A DNA stretch of 64,000 nucleotides from the NCBI RefSeq assembly GCF_021028975.2, contig NC_059425.1, forward strand, positions 26,350,001 to 26,414,000, given 5' to 3'. Below are positions 22,116 to 34,771 of this stretch, in pieces. Position numbers and translations under genes: made by a program. How positions within the stretch are numbered: position 1 is the stretch's first letter; every line of letters starts with the position of its first letter. Below the pieces are notes generated by a model. The model saw nothing but the letters and a program-made list of their open reading frames with translations. It was not told the DNA's origin and searched no databases. This DNA comes from Sphaerodactylus townsendi (taxonomy: Eukaryota).

Positions 22116-24389
22116 ATGAGTTGCCAACGGTGGCTTAGGTAATTCCTGGAAACTGGGGGGCAGTGTCTGAGGAGAACAGAGTTTGGGGAGGAGAGAGAGC
22201 TTAGGGATGTGATGCCATAATACAGTCTGCCTTCCGAAGTTGCTTTTTCCTACAAGGGAACTGATCTCTGTAGTCTGAAGATCCATTGTAATTCCAGGAA
22301 ACTCCAGGCCCTACCTGGAGGTTAGCAGCCACCTGTTCAAGGTCTGGTGCATCAGCCAACAGGCCACACTTCAAATAGGTGATAGAGTCCAAACCGCATT
22401 CAGATCTGAGAAGGTGAAGAAAGCTGTTTGGACTCTGAGCTTCTAACTGAAATGCCACCCCTTGGAAGCTTTCCTCAATCTCCCCAGTTTCTAAAACAAT
22501 GCACCCTTTCAGGCCTGTTTTAGGCTTCAGGCCTAGTTTCTCAGATTATTTTGGGAGAAAAAACTTTACAATTGATATGATTCTGACAGCAGCTTGGGCC
22601 TAGCATTAAATTCTGCAGTGCAGTTATGCACGGCATTTTACTTGTAGTCTGCTGGGTAGCTTTGGACAAAGCTTTTAGTCACCTTTGCAGGCTTATGCAA
22701 TGGAGAGTGGAGCCAGCAGAGTGGAGTGCGGGACTAGCTGGGCTGGACAATATCACTGATTGGACAAAGCTTGTACCCAGGTTGCAACGACAATGACAAG
22801 AGATGTAGGCCTGCTGCAGCGCTGACAATGCTGCAAAGGGGAATCCTTGACTCAGCTTTGCCATCCTCCAAGGTAGCAGCCCCTTTGGAATCTTCCCAGT
22901 CAGTCAAAAGGCAAGTCTGTTGCTGCCTAGATCTGGCCTTACCAGCTAAGGCAAACTTCTGGGCTGCTGAAACGTGTGCTGGGAGCACTGAGTGGACACA
23001 TGAAAGCACAAATCAAGAGCTTTGTGATTCTAGTCCCAATAGCTCTCTCACAACTTTAATCTTTCCAGGGCCTCAGACAGTAGCAGCCAACTTTCTTGGC
23101 AAGTGGGGTCACCTCTTGGGTTTAAAGAATGAATGAGAGGGATAGTGGTGTGTTTTACAGGAGGCATATGGCCAGTCCAGCATGGGAGAGGAGAGAGAGG
23201 AAGCAGTGGGGCTTGGAACTCCATCCCTCCTTTAACCATGTTCCTTTGGCACATCATATCCAATCTGGGTGGTGCTCCTGGGTGGTGCTCCTGAGCCCTT
23301 CGGGGGAGGGCGGTATATAAATGTAATAAATAAATAAATAAATAAAAAGAAAGAAAGAAAGAAAGAAAGAAAGGAACAATGTACAGTACTAGAAAGTTCC
23401 TCTGAACATGTGCACGCTGCCTTTCCCCCAGCTCCGGGGCCTTTTTTCTTTTATTCATAGAAGAGATGCATTGCTGTCCTCTCCCTCAAGGCCCTTTTCC
23501 ACACTGACAGCCTGTTTTCACTGATGGTAGTTTCAGAGATAAGAGCAGGTTGTACTGTCAGTGTCTGGAGCCACTCTGGTCATGAGGGGCTGGGAGCAGG
23601 TTTAGCCCCACCCCTGCCCCCCAAGAACAAAACTTGAGTATTTATTCACCAGCTGTTTTTAATTAGTATTTCTATTTCCCATAGAAACCTGTGGTTCCTC
23701 AACATTGCCTTTAGAATGAGGCACATGTGAAATTTTGATCAGAGAAGTCAGTTCTATGTTATTGACTGAAATGTCAGAAAGGAGGGGAATGCTGGCAATC
23801 AAGTGGTGGCCGTCTGCTAACTCAAGAGAAGTCCAAGGGCTTGAGCGTGTCTGGAGCAGAAAGTCCCATTCTTTAAACTCCACGCTGCATTCATTCAGTG
23901 GGGAAGGAAAAATGTTATACTCTGAGCATGATCAGAAGCATGATTCTTTTGTTACTGGACATCTCACAGAGTTTGTTCTGGGTTGAACTCCGAACAGGTT
24001 ATGGAGCGAAGCCTTGGTTGCAATGAAGACCTGTTAAGTCTATCCTTTTTAGAAAAATTCTGCTCCAGGGGGGAGTCTGAACAAAGAGGAGGGTCTGTCT
24101 AAAAGAGTGGCAGACAGGAGGTCTTATGTGCTTCCAGATTAGCCTAAATTTCAGTGAATCTGAAAGCAAATGTGTTAGTGATTCATTGCCCTTGTAGCAC
24201 CCTGTGTGGATTTGGGGAGGGAAGGGAAGAGAAGGGCTTGTGGGGAGGGAGGATTGGGTTGGTGACTGCAGAACTACTCATAATGGCAAAGTTTCCAAAA
24301 TTCTCCCCCCTCTCCCCCCTCAGGTCTAGAAATCTGCTTGGGCATCTTTCCCTTCACCTCTTCCCTGCTAATTTGGGTTCTGAATCAAG

Positions 24390-24640
24390 AAGCTAAAAAC
24401 AGCAACCCAGTGGCTAAATATAGCCAGCCTGGAGTGTGCATGATGGAGCTCCTTTGCTTTGCAATTCAGCTTCTGTAATGCACAGTCCCTTTGCTGCAGA
24501 GTGTGGGGGCGGCCAACAGCGTCGCTCATAGCTGAACACTGCAGTGGGGAGAGGGAAGAGAGTGAAAGCAGAGGAGGGCGCGTTGAAGCTGTATTTTTAC
24601 CCCAATAAGGGAGTGATAGATATATAATGCATATTTGGCA
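24390..24640. promoter_or_regulatory. Candidate distal NPAS4 enhancer (MEF2 cluster)
   Basis: Perfect MEF2 CTAAATATAG (24414-24423); CTAAAAACAG variant (24393); GC/EGR-like TGGGGGCGG; two one-mismatch CArG boxes near 24601 and 24629. Confidence 0.5.
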
Positions 24641-25446
24641 TAAGGAATTGTTTGTATCACAAGTGACAGACATACCAATACCCTCCTGCTCTCGAAAGAG
24701 ATGAGGTATGCTCTGACCTGTGTGTGAAAGAAGAGCACATCATGCTCTACCATGCACGAGCATAGCAGCTACAGATGGTAGATTTGTGCTGGGTTTTCTA
24801 AGTCTAGCATTGCAGTGCCACCCGAAAGACCCCTGTCAGTCAGAGGGATCTTACACAAGGAGCATCAATGGATTTGGCCATCTCTCCAGGTTCTGATATT
24901 TTTTGCTGCTGTTTGTTTGCTTAGGCCCCGCCCATATGGGTGTGGCTTGGAGCAAATGTGTGAGAGGCAGAATACATTCTGCTGCTTCCCTGACTTTACC
25001 AGACAAGAAGGGCAGAGCTCTAGTTGTCCTCCGGGACCTTTCCCCAACAGTTCCCAAAATGGGCTCAGGAATGTTGATAACCTTGTCTGGTAGCTAAGCA
25101 CAGGAACACAGAAGTAGCCCCAAATCCATTCTTTCTGAGTCCCTGCAATGGTGCATGTCCATAAATTCACCAGCCTCTCCTACTGTTAGTTCAGACAACC
25201 TAGACCTCAATATGGGACTAGTGTGGTTTTAGGTACTTATAGACTAAACAGCTTTCAGGTGGCTCAAGCAAGCGAGCTGATCCATATGATTTCTGAGTCT
25301 GGAGGAGAGCAGCATGCCGAAAGCAAACTCAGGAGTTCATGGCAGCAACAAGATTTAAACCCCAGGTCACCAGGCACTCTGATTCTTTGACTGAAACACA
25401 ACCTATATTGGAGGCAGGAGGAGGAGAGGAAACATTAGCAGAACTG

Positions 25447-25682
25447 TACTGTCCGAGGCGCTTCCACGGCGGGAATCACTAGGTGTTGTGCTTTTGGTGT
25501 GGTTCCTGGGAGGAAAGTCAGTACGTTGCAGCATTCTTCTGATAGTTCGCCTGATATCAGACGGCTGGCATCTTCAGAGGATCTGATCCTCTGAAGATGC
25601 CAGCCACAGATGCAGGCTAAACGTCAGTAGAGAATGCTGCTCTAACATGGCCATACAGCCCAGAAAACCACACACAGCACCC
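25447..25682. mobile_element. Inverted PLE pLTR pair with a 14-bp TSD
   Basis: CATTAGCAGAACTG at 25433-25446 and 25683-25696; central perfect inverted repeat 25563-25605. Confidence 0.75.
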
Positions 25683-28600
25683 CATTAGCAGAACTGACCA
25701 TACTCTACGCCCTTTCCTGGTGCTTGTGGAACTGTGGTTTCAGGCTGATTTTGACATCTGCCAGTCTCCTGGAAACTCCTCGAACTGTTGAGCGGGGATT
25801 TCTAAGATGTAACCTGTCACTTACATTTGTTTCTGGTACTGCGCAGCTCATGGGGGTGCGGGCTTAGCTTTGAAGCAGAAATCGGGAGGTGCCCTTTAGC
25901 CACTTTTATTAATACTCCATAGGAATCTGTTATTACAGAGGCTTCTTTTCACCCCTGGGTAAAAAGCAAGATGAGTGATCCAGTGTGTCAAGACTTCCAT
26001 ATGTTCATTTTCTGCCACCCAAAGTTAATCAGAAGCTTTGTCCATGGGGGTGCTTCCCCTGCCACTTACCAAGGGCAGCTATTTAACTAGCCACACTTAA
26101 TTCGAGTTATTTGCAGGAATATGCTGATACCGGTCAGGACCACTGCCAGCCAAAAAATCAATCTTTTGTAATTAAGTGATTGCCAATGTCCAGTGGGGCC
26201 TGGCAGTCTCCCAGAATCACAACTGGTCCCCAGGACTAAGCAGAGATCAATTCGCCTGGAAAAAAAATGGCTGCTTTGGAGGGTGTTTTCTGCTTGCATT
26301 AAATCCTCTGGCTGAGGTCCCTCCCCCAGCCCTGGACTCCCCAAATCTTCAGGAATTTCCCTTACCTGTTTGCTGGCAACCCTATAAGCTTTACTTCATT
26401 CACACATATGCCTTTGCTGTATGAGGAGGAGTATGTATTACATGCACTCAGACACAAACACACGGGAGTGGTTCTTCGTGATCATTCAAACCACATGCTC
26501 TGTGGAGTTATTTTCTTGTTTCCCGTCGCACATTTTTGACCCCCTCCTTTCCCCTGAGCTCATGCAGCTGCTCTCTCTCCCAGGGTCAAGTATTTTGCAA
26601 GCTGAGCATCCCTTTGTCATTCCTCGAGAAGGGACCACACAGAGCTGGCATTGGTCCCAGGGCATACCAGGGTAGCTCTGAATGCAGGCCACCACTGATG
26701 TCCCACGCTTCCTGATACTGAGGTCCAGTGTTGCCCAGTACCTGGAATGGAAGGCCACGTGAGTAAATATTATTTCTAGTACACTATTCTTCACACCTGA
26801 ATCAGGGTTGGGTTCACCTGAATCTTCACCTGGGTTCAGATCATATTTCTGCCATGAATCCACAAAGGAGCCTTTGATAAGACTGCCTTCTCCAAGTTTC
26901 AGGGCCCGGCTCCCCAATATCAGTGATATTACTTCGACCCAGGGAGCCTTGAACATCAAAAAATATATAGCATTGAAAATCCTGTTGGTCTTTAAGGCAC
27001 TAGGCCCAAATCTAGTAGTGTTCTATTTCAGACCAACACCACTGCTCCACCTGAAACTATCCTGTAGGTTTGGCTAAAGCATTGGATCCTTTCCAATTTC
27101 CTTTTGGAAGAATTGAAGTGTTGTGCGGATAGGCTATGCTGGCCTGAGGACCTGATCTCAAATCCGCTAAGGCCACATGGAGTTGCCTGGCTAGTCTCCC
27201 AGCCCAACCTACATTTTACAGAGGGTTGCTGTGGGAGGATAAAGTGGTTGGGCAGAAGAAGCGGTAGCGACTTTTGGTAAACTCCCACATTAAACTCTTT
27301 TGGAGGAAGAGCAGGGGAAGAATTAAGCAATGTATGGAAGCAGCTTGACTATTCCAAAATGGTGCATAGCTTTACTATTGTTAAGTTGTTAAATTAACAG
27401 TAATGATATTACACACACACACAGCTTTGGGCTTCTGTAAAACAAAATCTCAATCCCTTTGCTGAGCACAACCCCCCCCCCCCGCCTCCAGCCTTCCTCC
27501 CAACCCTTTTTCTGAGTAGCAGTTCACTCTCTGGCCCAATCCAGCTTTACACTCCACCAGGTGGACTGCCCTACAAAGAGAGATGTGGTGGGAAACAACC
27601 CTGCCTCCCAGGCACTTGAGCTGATCTTGGCAGCTTAACAAAACTGGGTTTTGCCACAGAATATACACACTTCCTGAATGCATACAGCAGCTTGCCACCT
27701 ACCGGCTGTTAGCTCTGGACTAAAGTAGAAGTGTATATGATGTATGTATTCTCAAAACACTGGATTGTCATGTTCGCTCTCACCCCCCTTTTTTTCTCTT
27801 AGTTGTAAGGACAGTGTTAGTTATGGCAAGCTGCTGTTTTCCCCTGCTGGCCAAAAAACATCTGCTGCTATGGGCCTGTTATTGCAGATCATAAGCTTCA
27901 GTTCCCACTTTGGTAGGGTTCTGGCTCAGTAGCAGAGTACCTGCCTTGCATGCAGAAGGTCCCAGATTCAATCCCTGGCACCACAGAATCATAGAGTTGG
28001 AAGAGACCACCAAGGGCCAACAAGTCCAACCCCCTGCCATGCAGGAACCACACAATCAAAGCACTCCTGACAGATGGCCATCCAGCCTCTCTTTAAAACC
28101 TCCTCCAAAGAAGGGAGACTCTGCACCTCCTAGGTAAAAAAGCAATCCATAGGTGATATGAAAGAAACCCTTTGGGAGTTGTTAAGCCAGCCAGAGTACA
28201 GTGATATGAAGCTGAGTCAAAGGATATGACTCAAGAGAAGCAAGTAGCCTCCTGGTGTCCAATAATGTAGTAAAAAATCAGCCGTGCTGCTGAAAAGGAC
28301 CCCTTTTCATCCTTTTCCTTTGATACAGCATTTTGGGGCTGAAAGTGCTTTTCTCTGATTGACTGTCCTTTCCACCAAGGAAATGGAGCAGGGAGACTCT
28401 ATTGTAGCTTTCTACAGCAACTGGTGTTCTTCTGGGCCTCTGTAAATGGCCCAGTCCCAGGACTGTAGAAGCCATAAAAACGCAGCCCCAGTGATACTGG
28501 AACAAGATGCAACCATCTACTAAGTCTTCCTTCCTTCCCTTTAATCTCAGGATGATCACAAAAGAGGCAAAGGCCCTTCTGACAGACGCAGGCTTCACAT

Positions 28601-29720
28601 CCATGCTGCTGTATCTGAAACCAGGGACTGAATGCTGCAATCTGTATTAGTTTAGGGGGCGGGTATAATACATTCAGTGACGGACAATGGAGGAGGTACT
28701 TTGTGTGGTGAAAGGAAAATCATTCTAGGGGTTGCAATCTTGTTATATAAAAAGGGCCCCCTCACTTGTACTGCCTTTAATCTGTTGCTTTTAATAACCC
28801 AAGAGAACAGGCTATTTATATTTCCCACCTAGCCAAGAGGGACAAAGAAAAAATTTAAAAAACTAGAAAATGTGTGTTTTGTAATCATGTTTCCAACAGG
28901 GAGCCACAGAAAGGCTTTGAGATGCAATCTGGGTCCACTGGAGGGGGTCACTTTCATACCTTAAACCACTCCACTCCCTGCAAACATACTTGCAATCGAA
29001 GTCTTTTTCGTTTGAATTAATCTTGCTTTGCCTCTTATATGTTTCCTGGCCTGGTGACCTACACATGAGTTCAAAACAACAACTGTTCTAGTCCCAAGAA
29101 AACTCTCTCAAAGGACATTCATTCCAAACCCCATCTACAAACTAGGAAAGGTCAAAGGTAAAACCCCAGGCACCCAGCCATAGAGACATTTGGGCACTCT
29201 AAAGCATCATTTGATACAGAGGGTAGGACGGAGACAGGGTGATTGCAGGTAGGTCTGGGTGACTCAAGGAAGTAAGTCAAACTATATGCTACAAAAGAAT
29301 TGGGGGACAAACACATGATGCTGCCATAGTCCGGATTACTGGTCTGTTGAGGTCAGTATTACCTGCTCTGACTGGCAGCAGCTGTCCCAGGTAGAGAGTT
29401 GTATTATCACATATTGCTAGATACTTTTAGCTGAAGATGTTGAGGATTTAACCTGATCTTTTCAAGCTGGATATGCCAGGGTCTGAACCTGGGACCTGTT
29501 CCACCTGGGCCACAGCTGTTCCAGGATCCCTGCAAGGAAGTGCTGGCTTCCTAGAGTGAGACATGCCAGGGCTAGAATCTGCCTGGGAGGATCGCACCAA
29601 CTGCTCTGGAAACTCTTCTGTCATTCATTCCAAGACAGTAAATGCTGGCTGTCATTTTTTAGTGGTGAGGGAGAGGCACTCTGCACATGCTTAGGCCTAC
29701 CCTTAGGTCTGTGCTTAGGA

Positions 29721-30025
29721 GCAGCAGTGGCATAGTGGTTAAGAGCAGGTGCATTCTAATCTGGAGGAACTGGGTTTGATTCCCAGCTCTGTCAGCCTGG
29801 ATCTGTAGGAGGCTCATCTGGGAATTCAGATTAGTCTGTGCACTCCACACATGCCAGCCGGGTGACCTTGGGCTGGGGCCACAGCTTTTCTGAGCTCTCT
29901 CTCAGCCCCACTCCACCTCACAGGGTGGTTTGTTGTGAGCTTGAGGGAAGGGCAAAAGGAGATTGTAAGCCCCTTTGAGTCTCCTGCAGAGAGAAAGGGG
30001 GGATATAAATCCAAAAGCTCTTTCT
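29721..30025 (+). mobile_element. Squam3-like tRNA-derived SINE
   Basis: A box TGGCATAGTGG, B box GGTTTGATTCC; tail GGATATAAATCC; further copies at 35449-35713(-), 39214-39513, 39918-40151, 45835-45990(-) and 59773-59879. Confidence 0.85.
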
Positions 30026-30441
30026 CTACCACATGTTTCAACACTGAGCCTTTTGAATCCTAAAGATTGAAATTAATTTAGACCACCAACCAATCTGATA
30101 TAGACAAGGGGATTCCTTTCCTACCGCATAGCTGGCAGTTAGCCCTTGTGGCATCCTGAATGCTAATCTATGCACTACACAGAAGGCTCTTCCCCAAAGA
30201 AGAAATTGCACTGCCATTCAAAATCTTCTCCTCATCATCATGCCTGTGAAGCCAAAAAGAATAAAGGGGACAAAAATCTTATCTTACAATACATAACTCT
30301 TCATAATCTTAAAACCACTAGGAACAAATTCATTGAAACACTAGGAACAAATTCATCTTCATTAATCAGGCTTAAAGACTTGGAGATAACTTTCTGTTCA
30401 GGACCACTGAAGTTAAGAACCACAGTGCATTGGGTTCCAAC

Positions 30442-30854
30442 CAGTGGTGGGATCCAAAAATTTTAGTAACAGGTTCCCATGGTGGTGTGATTCAAACTGG
30501 TATGTGAAGCGCCAATGGGGTTAGGCTGGGCTAGGCTGAGGACTGCCGACGGGCGTGGCCGGGCATTCCGGGGGTGCGGCATTCCTGGGCGGGGCTGTGG
30601 CAAGGACGCAGCCACTGCGCCGGTCCTTGGGTGGGAAATCCACGAATGCGCAGGTTTAGGCTGCTGTAATGCCTGTGCACCTCCTGCTAGACTGCTTCAA
30701 GTTCTGCACGCTATCGCTGGAGAGGAGGGGCGAATCCAAGGGCAAAAAAATCATGTGGCTTAAAATCACCACCAGTAACCCCTCCCTCGCACACACAAAT
30801 AATTAATAACCCACTCCAGGGAACCTGTGAGAACCTGCTGGATCCCACCCTCTA
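30442..30854. mobile_element. Non-autonomous hAT transposon
   Basis: TIRs CAGTGGTGGGATCCA / TGGATCCCACCCTCTA; perfect 8-bp TSD GTTCCAAC (30434-30441, 30855-30862). Confidence 0.85.
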
Positions 30855-33199
30855 GTTCCAACACATCCACAGCATGGGTGTGAAAAGGAGTACTACTTGC
30901 GCAATACCAGAGGCAATATATTATTACTTCAAGGTCTACAACACCTCAGAGGGTGGAATTTGTAGCCTATATAGATGGGCAAGAATAGCCTGCCCCTATA
31001 GCAAAACAAACAGCCTTAGCTTCAGTGACAGCCTCTCTCTAAATATTCCTACTTTTTTGCTCCAGTCATAGCCCCTTTGCTGTGGCCCCATGAAGAAATT
31101 GCCATGTTTAGCCCCTTCCCATTGCTACTCCCATCTCCATTGGTACAGGAGGGGAAGGATGGCGTGGCGGGGGAACAAGATAAGAGTAAGGAACCTGTCC
31201 AAGAAAGGTCCCCTTCTTCATCGAAAATATCTCAGTTGTTGCCATGGTGACCCACCCACGGCTTCACCAAAAAGTACAAGAGAGAGAAAGAGAGAAGCTT
31301 TTTATACTTGAAAACATTGCAGGAGGGGAGAGAGCAAAGGTGCGGAATTTATCAACCCCATTCCCAAAAGCCCCCCCCCCCCCCCCCCAAGGACTTAGCA
31401 GGATCCACTGTATTCTCCTGGTAGGGGCAGAGTTCGTACCACAGACCTTGAACGAACCCTGTTGTCAACAGATATGGACCCTATCTCCTTTTTCTCAGCA
31501 CAGGACTCCTACGTTTTTAATAGCTGTGTGACAGGAACATGCCCACCTGTTGAACTGCTGCCTGTCACACTGCTGTTCAAAGCACAGCAACTCTTGTAGG
31601 AGAAAGAAAAATACAAATGTGACCTTTCTTCAACAAGGCTATTAACTGCTGCCAGATTTTTAAACTATCTCCTTTCTTGTTTTATGACTGATTCACAGGT
31701 GCACATAACCTTGCTAAACTACTCAGTACTCGATGACTTTGTAAACTGACCTCTGTTGAAAAGAAAGAAAAAAAAGAATCCTTCATTTGCACAATAGAAT
31801 GAGATGGCATAGCCTTTGAGAGTATTATGAGCACAGTGAATCACTTCAGACTATGGAGATGAAGAGGAAGTCCTCACATAAAACCCTGGGAAGTAGAAAT
31901 CTAGTATATCAAGGGAAAAAAGGTCTAGATGGTTGTACCCTGGAAGTCTAGTTTTCGTTTCTGCAGGGAATGGTTTCTAAAAATGTGATTCTCTGCCTGC
32001 AGTCTGAAGTGGAGTAGTATTTTTCATCCAAATGTCCACTTTTGTATCATGAGCATATTGCCTTTTGTATCATGAACATATTGTCTGAAATTGGAGGGAA
32101 AACAACAGGAGGGAATCACAAGAAAAGAGGGATGAGGTAAAAAGCAATAAATGGAGGGGAACGGCCCCCGGTTAAGTTGCCCTGAGCTCTCCTCGGAGGG
32201 AAGAGGCTGGAAACAAAAATCAGATTAAATTGAGGGAGTGGTGATGTTTAACCCTCGAACTCCCAAACAAAGTTGGGTGAAATTTCTAAATGGAGGTTGC
32301 TGTTTTTTTTTTAGAGTTGAAAGCTAAAAGGTGTTCTCCCCGAGGAACTTTGTTTTGCCAAATGTGGGGCTTTCTCCAAGTACTAGATATGGCCTTTCTG
32401 CGCTTTCTAGATCTTTTGTGACCCAATTTTGAGGGTTTTGCCCCTCAGTATTGGTTTTGTTGTATGCTGGAACTTTATCAGCCGCTTTGTGTTGTGAAGA
32501 AGCGAGATAAAATCCTCAAATAAGCAAAGCAGTATAGGAAATGGCACATCATTTAACTATTCTTCAGAAATACCCGGTAGGCTGACAAAATGTTAAGCAG
32601 CTTTGGGGCTGGGCAAAGAGGGCTCGTGGACATTTAGGACAACACTATGGAGGGGGAAAAAATTCTGCACCTATCAGTAGAGATGTTATACTGGGATGTA
32701 ATTTATCGATATCATTTAGCCCCTATTAAAGGGATAGGGTGTTTATTTCCTGCAAACTGTTGGCAAGCATATAACTTCCTCACAGGAACTGATAGAAAGC
32801 AATACAGGGCCATGCTTATTAAAACTAGGTCTGGCCACCAGTCATGAACAAGGTGTCTCCAGAGGGATTGAAAGGTTGCCTGCCTAATGCATTGCAGGCC
32901 TGGCTATTAACATGTGATCAGCAGCGGCCAGTTGCACAGGCCTGAAATAAAGGAAAGGAAAATGTACGCACCCAGGCTGATCACTCCGCAGTAGGCAACG
33001 ATGACTGGCCTGTCTGAATGAGCTCGTCAGCCTCTCCAGGCAACATTTCCACTTCCTGTGCCCTCCCTCCAAACACAAATGTGTTTTTTTGCGGTGTTCA
33101 TCCTTGCCCAGAGCTGCACACCAGGGATTCTTTCACTGCGTTTTTCCCTATTCCTCCATTAGTCAACCTTCAATGGCTTGGCAGCTGAGTGTACTGACT

Positions 33200-33690
33200 C
33201 CACTAAGACGTGATTCTTTTGACGTGGTAGAAGGATGTGGTATATATCAAAATTCTAACGGTGGTGTTGCCGTTTTTGGACCAGCTCACACACACGTGCA
33301 AAATAGACGTGTTAGAGACACGCATATGGCAGCCCTGCCAGGAATAGCCATTCTGAGAATAATTGGGGGGTGGGTGGGCTTTGAGTGGCTGGACGGGTTT
33401 GTAGGACACAACACAGGGAGCTTTTTCCAGGCCCTGTCCCTGTTATTCTGAGGCCCTCACCAGGAAGCTACCAGTTGAGCTCTGTTCCTTTAAAACTGGC
33501 AGAGGAGCTGCGTGGGGGTACTCTGACGTGGCTGGATTCTGCCTTTTGCTGCCAAAATAGGGAAAAGGCTGAAATGCTTTAAAAGGAAAATCAGCGGCAC
33601 CAAGCAACCAGGCTCTGACATCACTGACAGCCCCCTCCTCCTCCCTTCCTCGCTGCCTGCATCCACGTTGCCGTGGCAAGCTTGGAGTAT
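33200..33690. promoter_or_regulatory. Candidate activity-responsive enhancer (CRE, CArG, EGR, RFX)
   Basis: TGACGTGG at 33220 and 33524; GCGTGGGGG at 33510; perfect CArG CCAAAATAGG (33552-33561); TGACATCA (33616); X-box-like GTTGCCGTGGCAAG (33667). Confidence 0.55.
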
Positions 33691-34225
33691 AAACAACATC
33701 CAGGGCATGAATGCTTTTGAAGCGGCATCTCAGGGGTGGGAGGAAGAGCTCTTTGAGTTTGAAATGCATCCATTCAGTTCCCTTTCTGCAATTAGCCTAG
33801 CAAAGGGAGGATTCAGGCCAATGCCCAGCTTGTCTCAGGCCCCGCTATCTAATGCGCAGCCACCATTTGCAAACCACATCCCTCCCCCCCCCCCCGGAAA
33901 ACACCATGGGAACCTCTCAAAGGATACTTGTTCAGGGGTCAATTGCTTGCTATAGCTAGGCTGAATTGTACCATAAAACAAGGACCGCTACTCTGCATGA
34001 GGAGAATAAGGCATCTTGTAGCTAACTCTGCTTCATGCAGGGCTTCTGTGAACAATAGACAATTTCAACAGAGGAAAGATTTCCCACGCATCCCACTGAA
34101 CCTGTTGGAATTTCTGTTGTAGTGTTTTTAAGAAACACTGCCAGGGATCATAAGAGTTGGAAGGGTCCACAGAAGCCATCTAGTCCAACCCCTGCTCAAC
34201 CTGCCTGGATCAGGCCTAAAGAAAG

Positions 34226-34771
34226 CAGTGATAGTGAACCTTTTCGAGACCGAGGCCTTTGAAATTACAACCCAAAACCCACTTATTTATCCTACAAAAT
34301 GCCAACACGGCGAATTTAACCTGAATACTGAGGTTTCAGTTTAGAAAAAAAGCGGCTATTGGCTCCCAAGGCATGCTGTTACTTCCGGGGAGTAAGCTTG
34401 GTGGTAGTCCAGTGCTGGTTTTGCTTTGAAGCAACCATGCAAACTCTTCCAACAGGTGAATCATTGACCCTAGAAGGGTTTTACCTTCAGTAAGCAAGGT
34501 CCATTGCTGGGGCAACTGGAAGCTTTACTCCCAGGTGAAAGGATCACGCTCTAGTTCTTTGCATGAAAATCAGTGGGGTTTAACAGTGCTTAACAGGATT
34601 ACCTACACTGCTTCCCCAAAATTAGGTCTTAGGTTTAATGCTAATAATCGATCCCAGCAGCCCAGGCCAGCCTAGATGTGTGTGTGTGTGGGGGGGGGGA
34701 CTCTGCGCGTGCCCACAGAGAGGGCTCTGAGTGCCACCTCTGGCACCCGTGCCATAGGTTCACCACCACTG
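34226..34771. mobile_element. Non-autonomous hAT (hAT1-like TIR CAGTGAT.G.GAACC); a second copy in opposite orientation lies at ~34970-35441
   Basis: CAGTGATAGTGAACCT ... AGGTTCACCACCACTG; the subterminal GTGCCCACAGAGAGGGCTCTGAGTGCCAC occurs inverted in the second copy. Confidence 0.7.

Noticed and set aside
29721-29790. tRNA gene
   Set aside because: A/B boxes continue into a SINE body and tail repeated many times in the window; no cloverleaf
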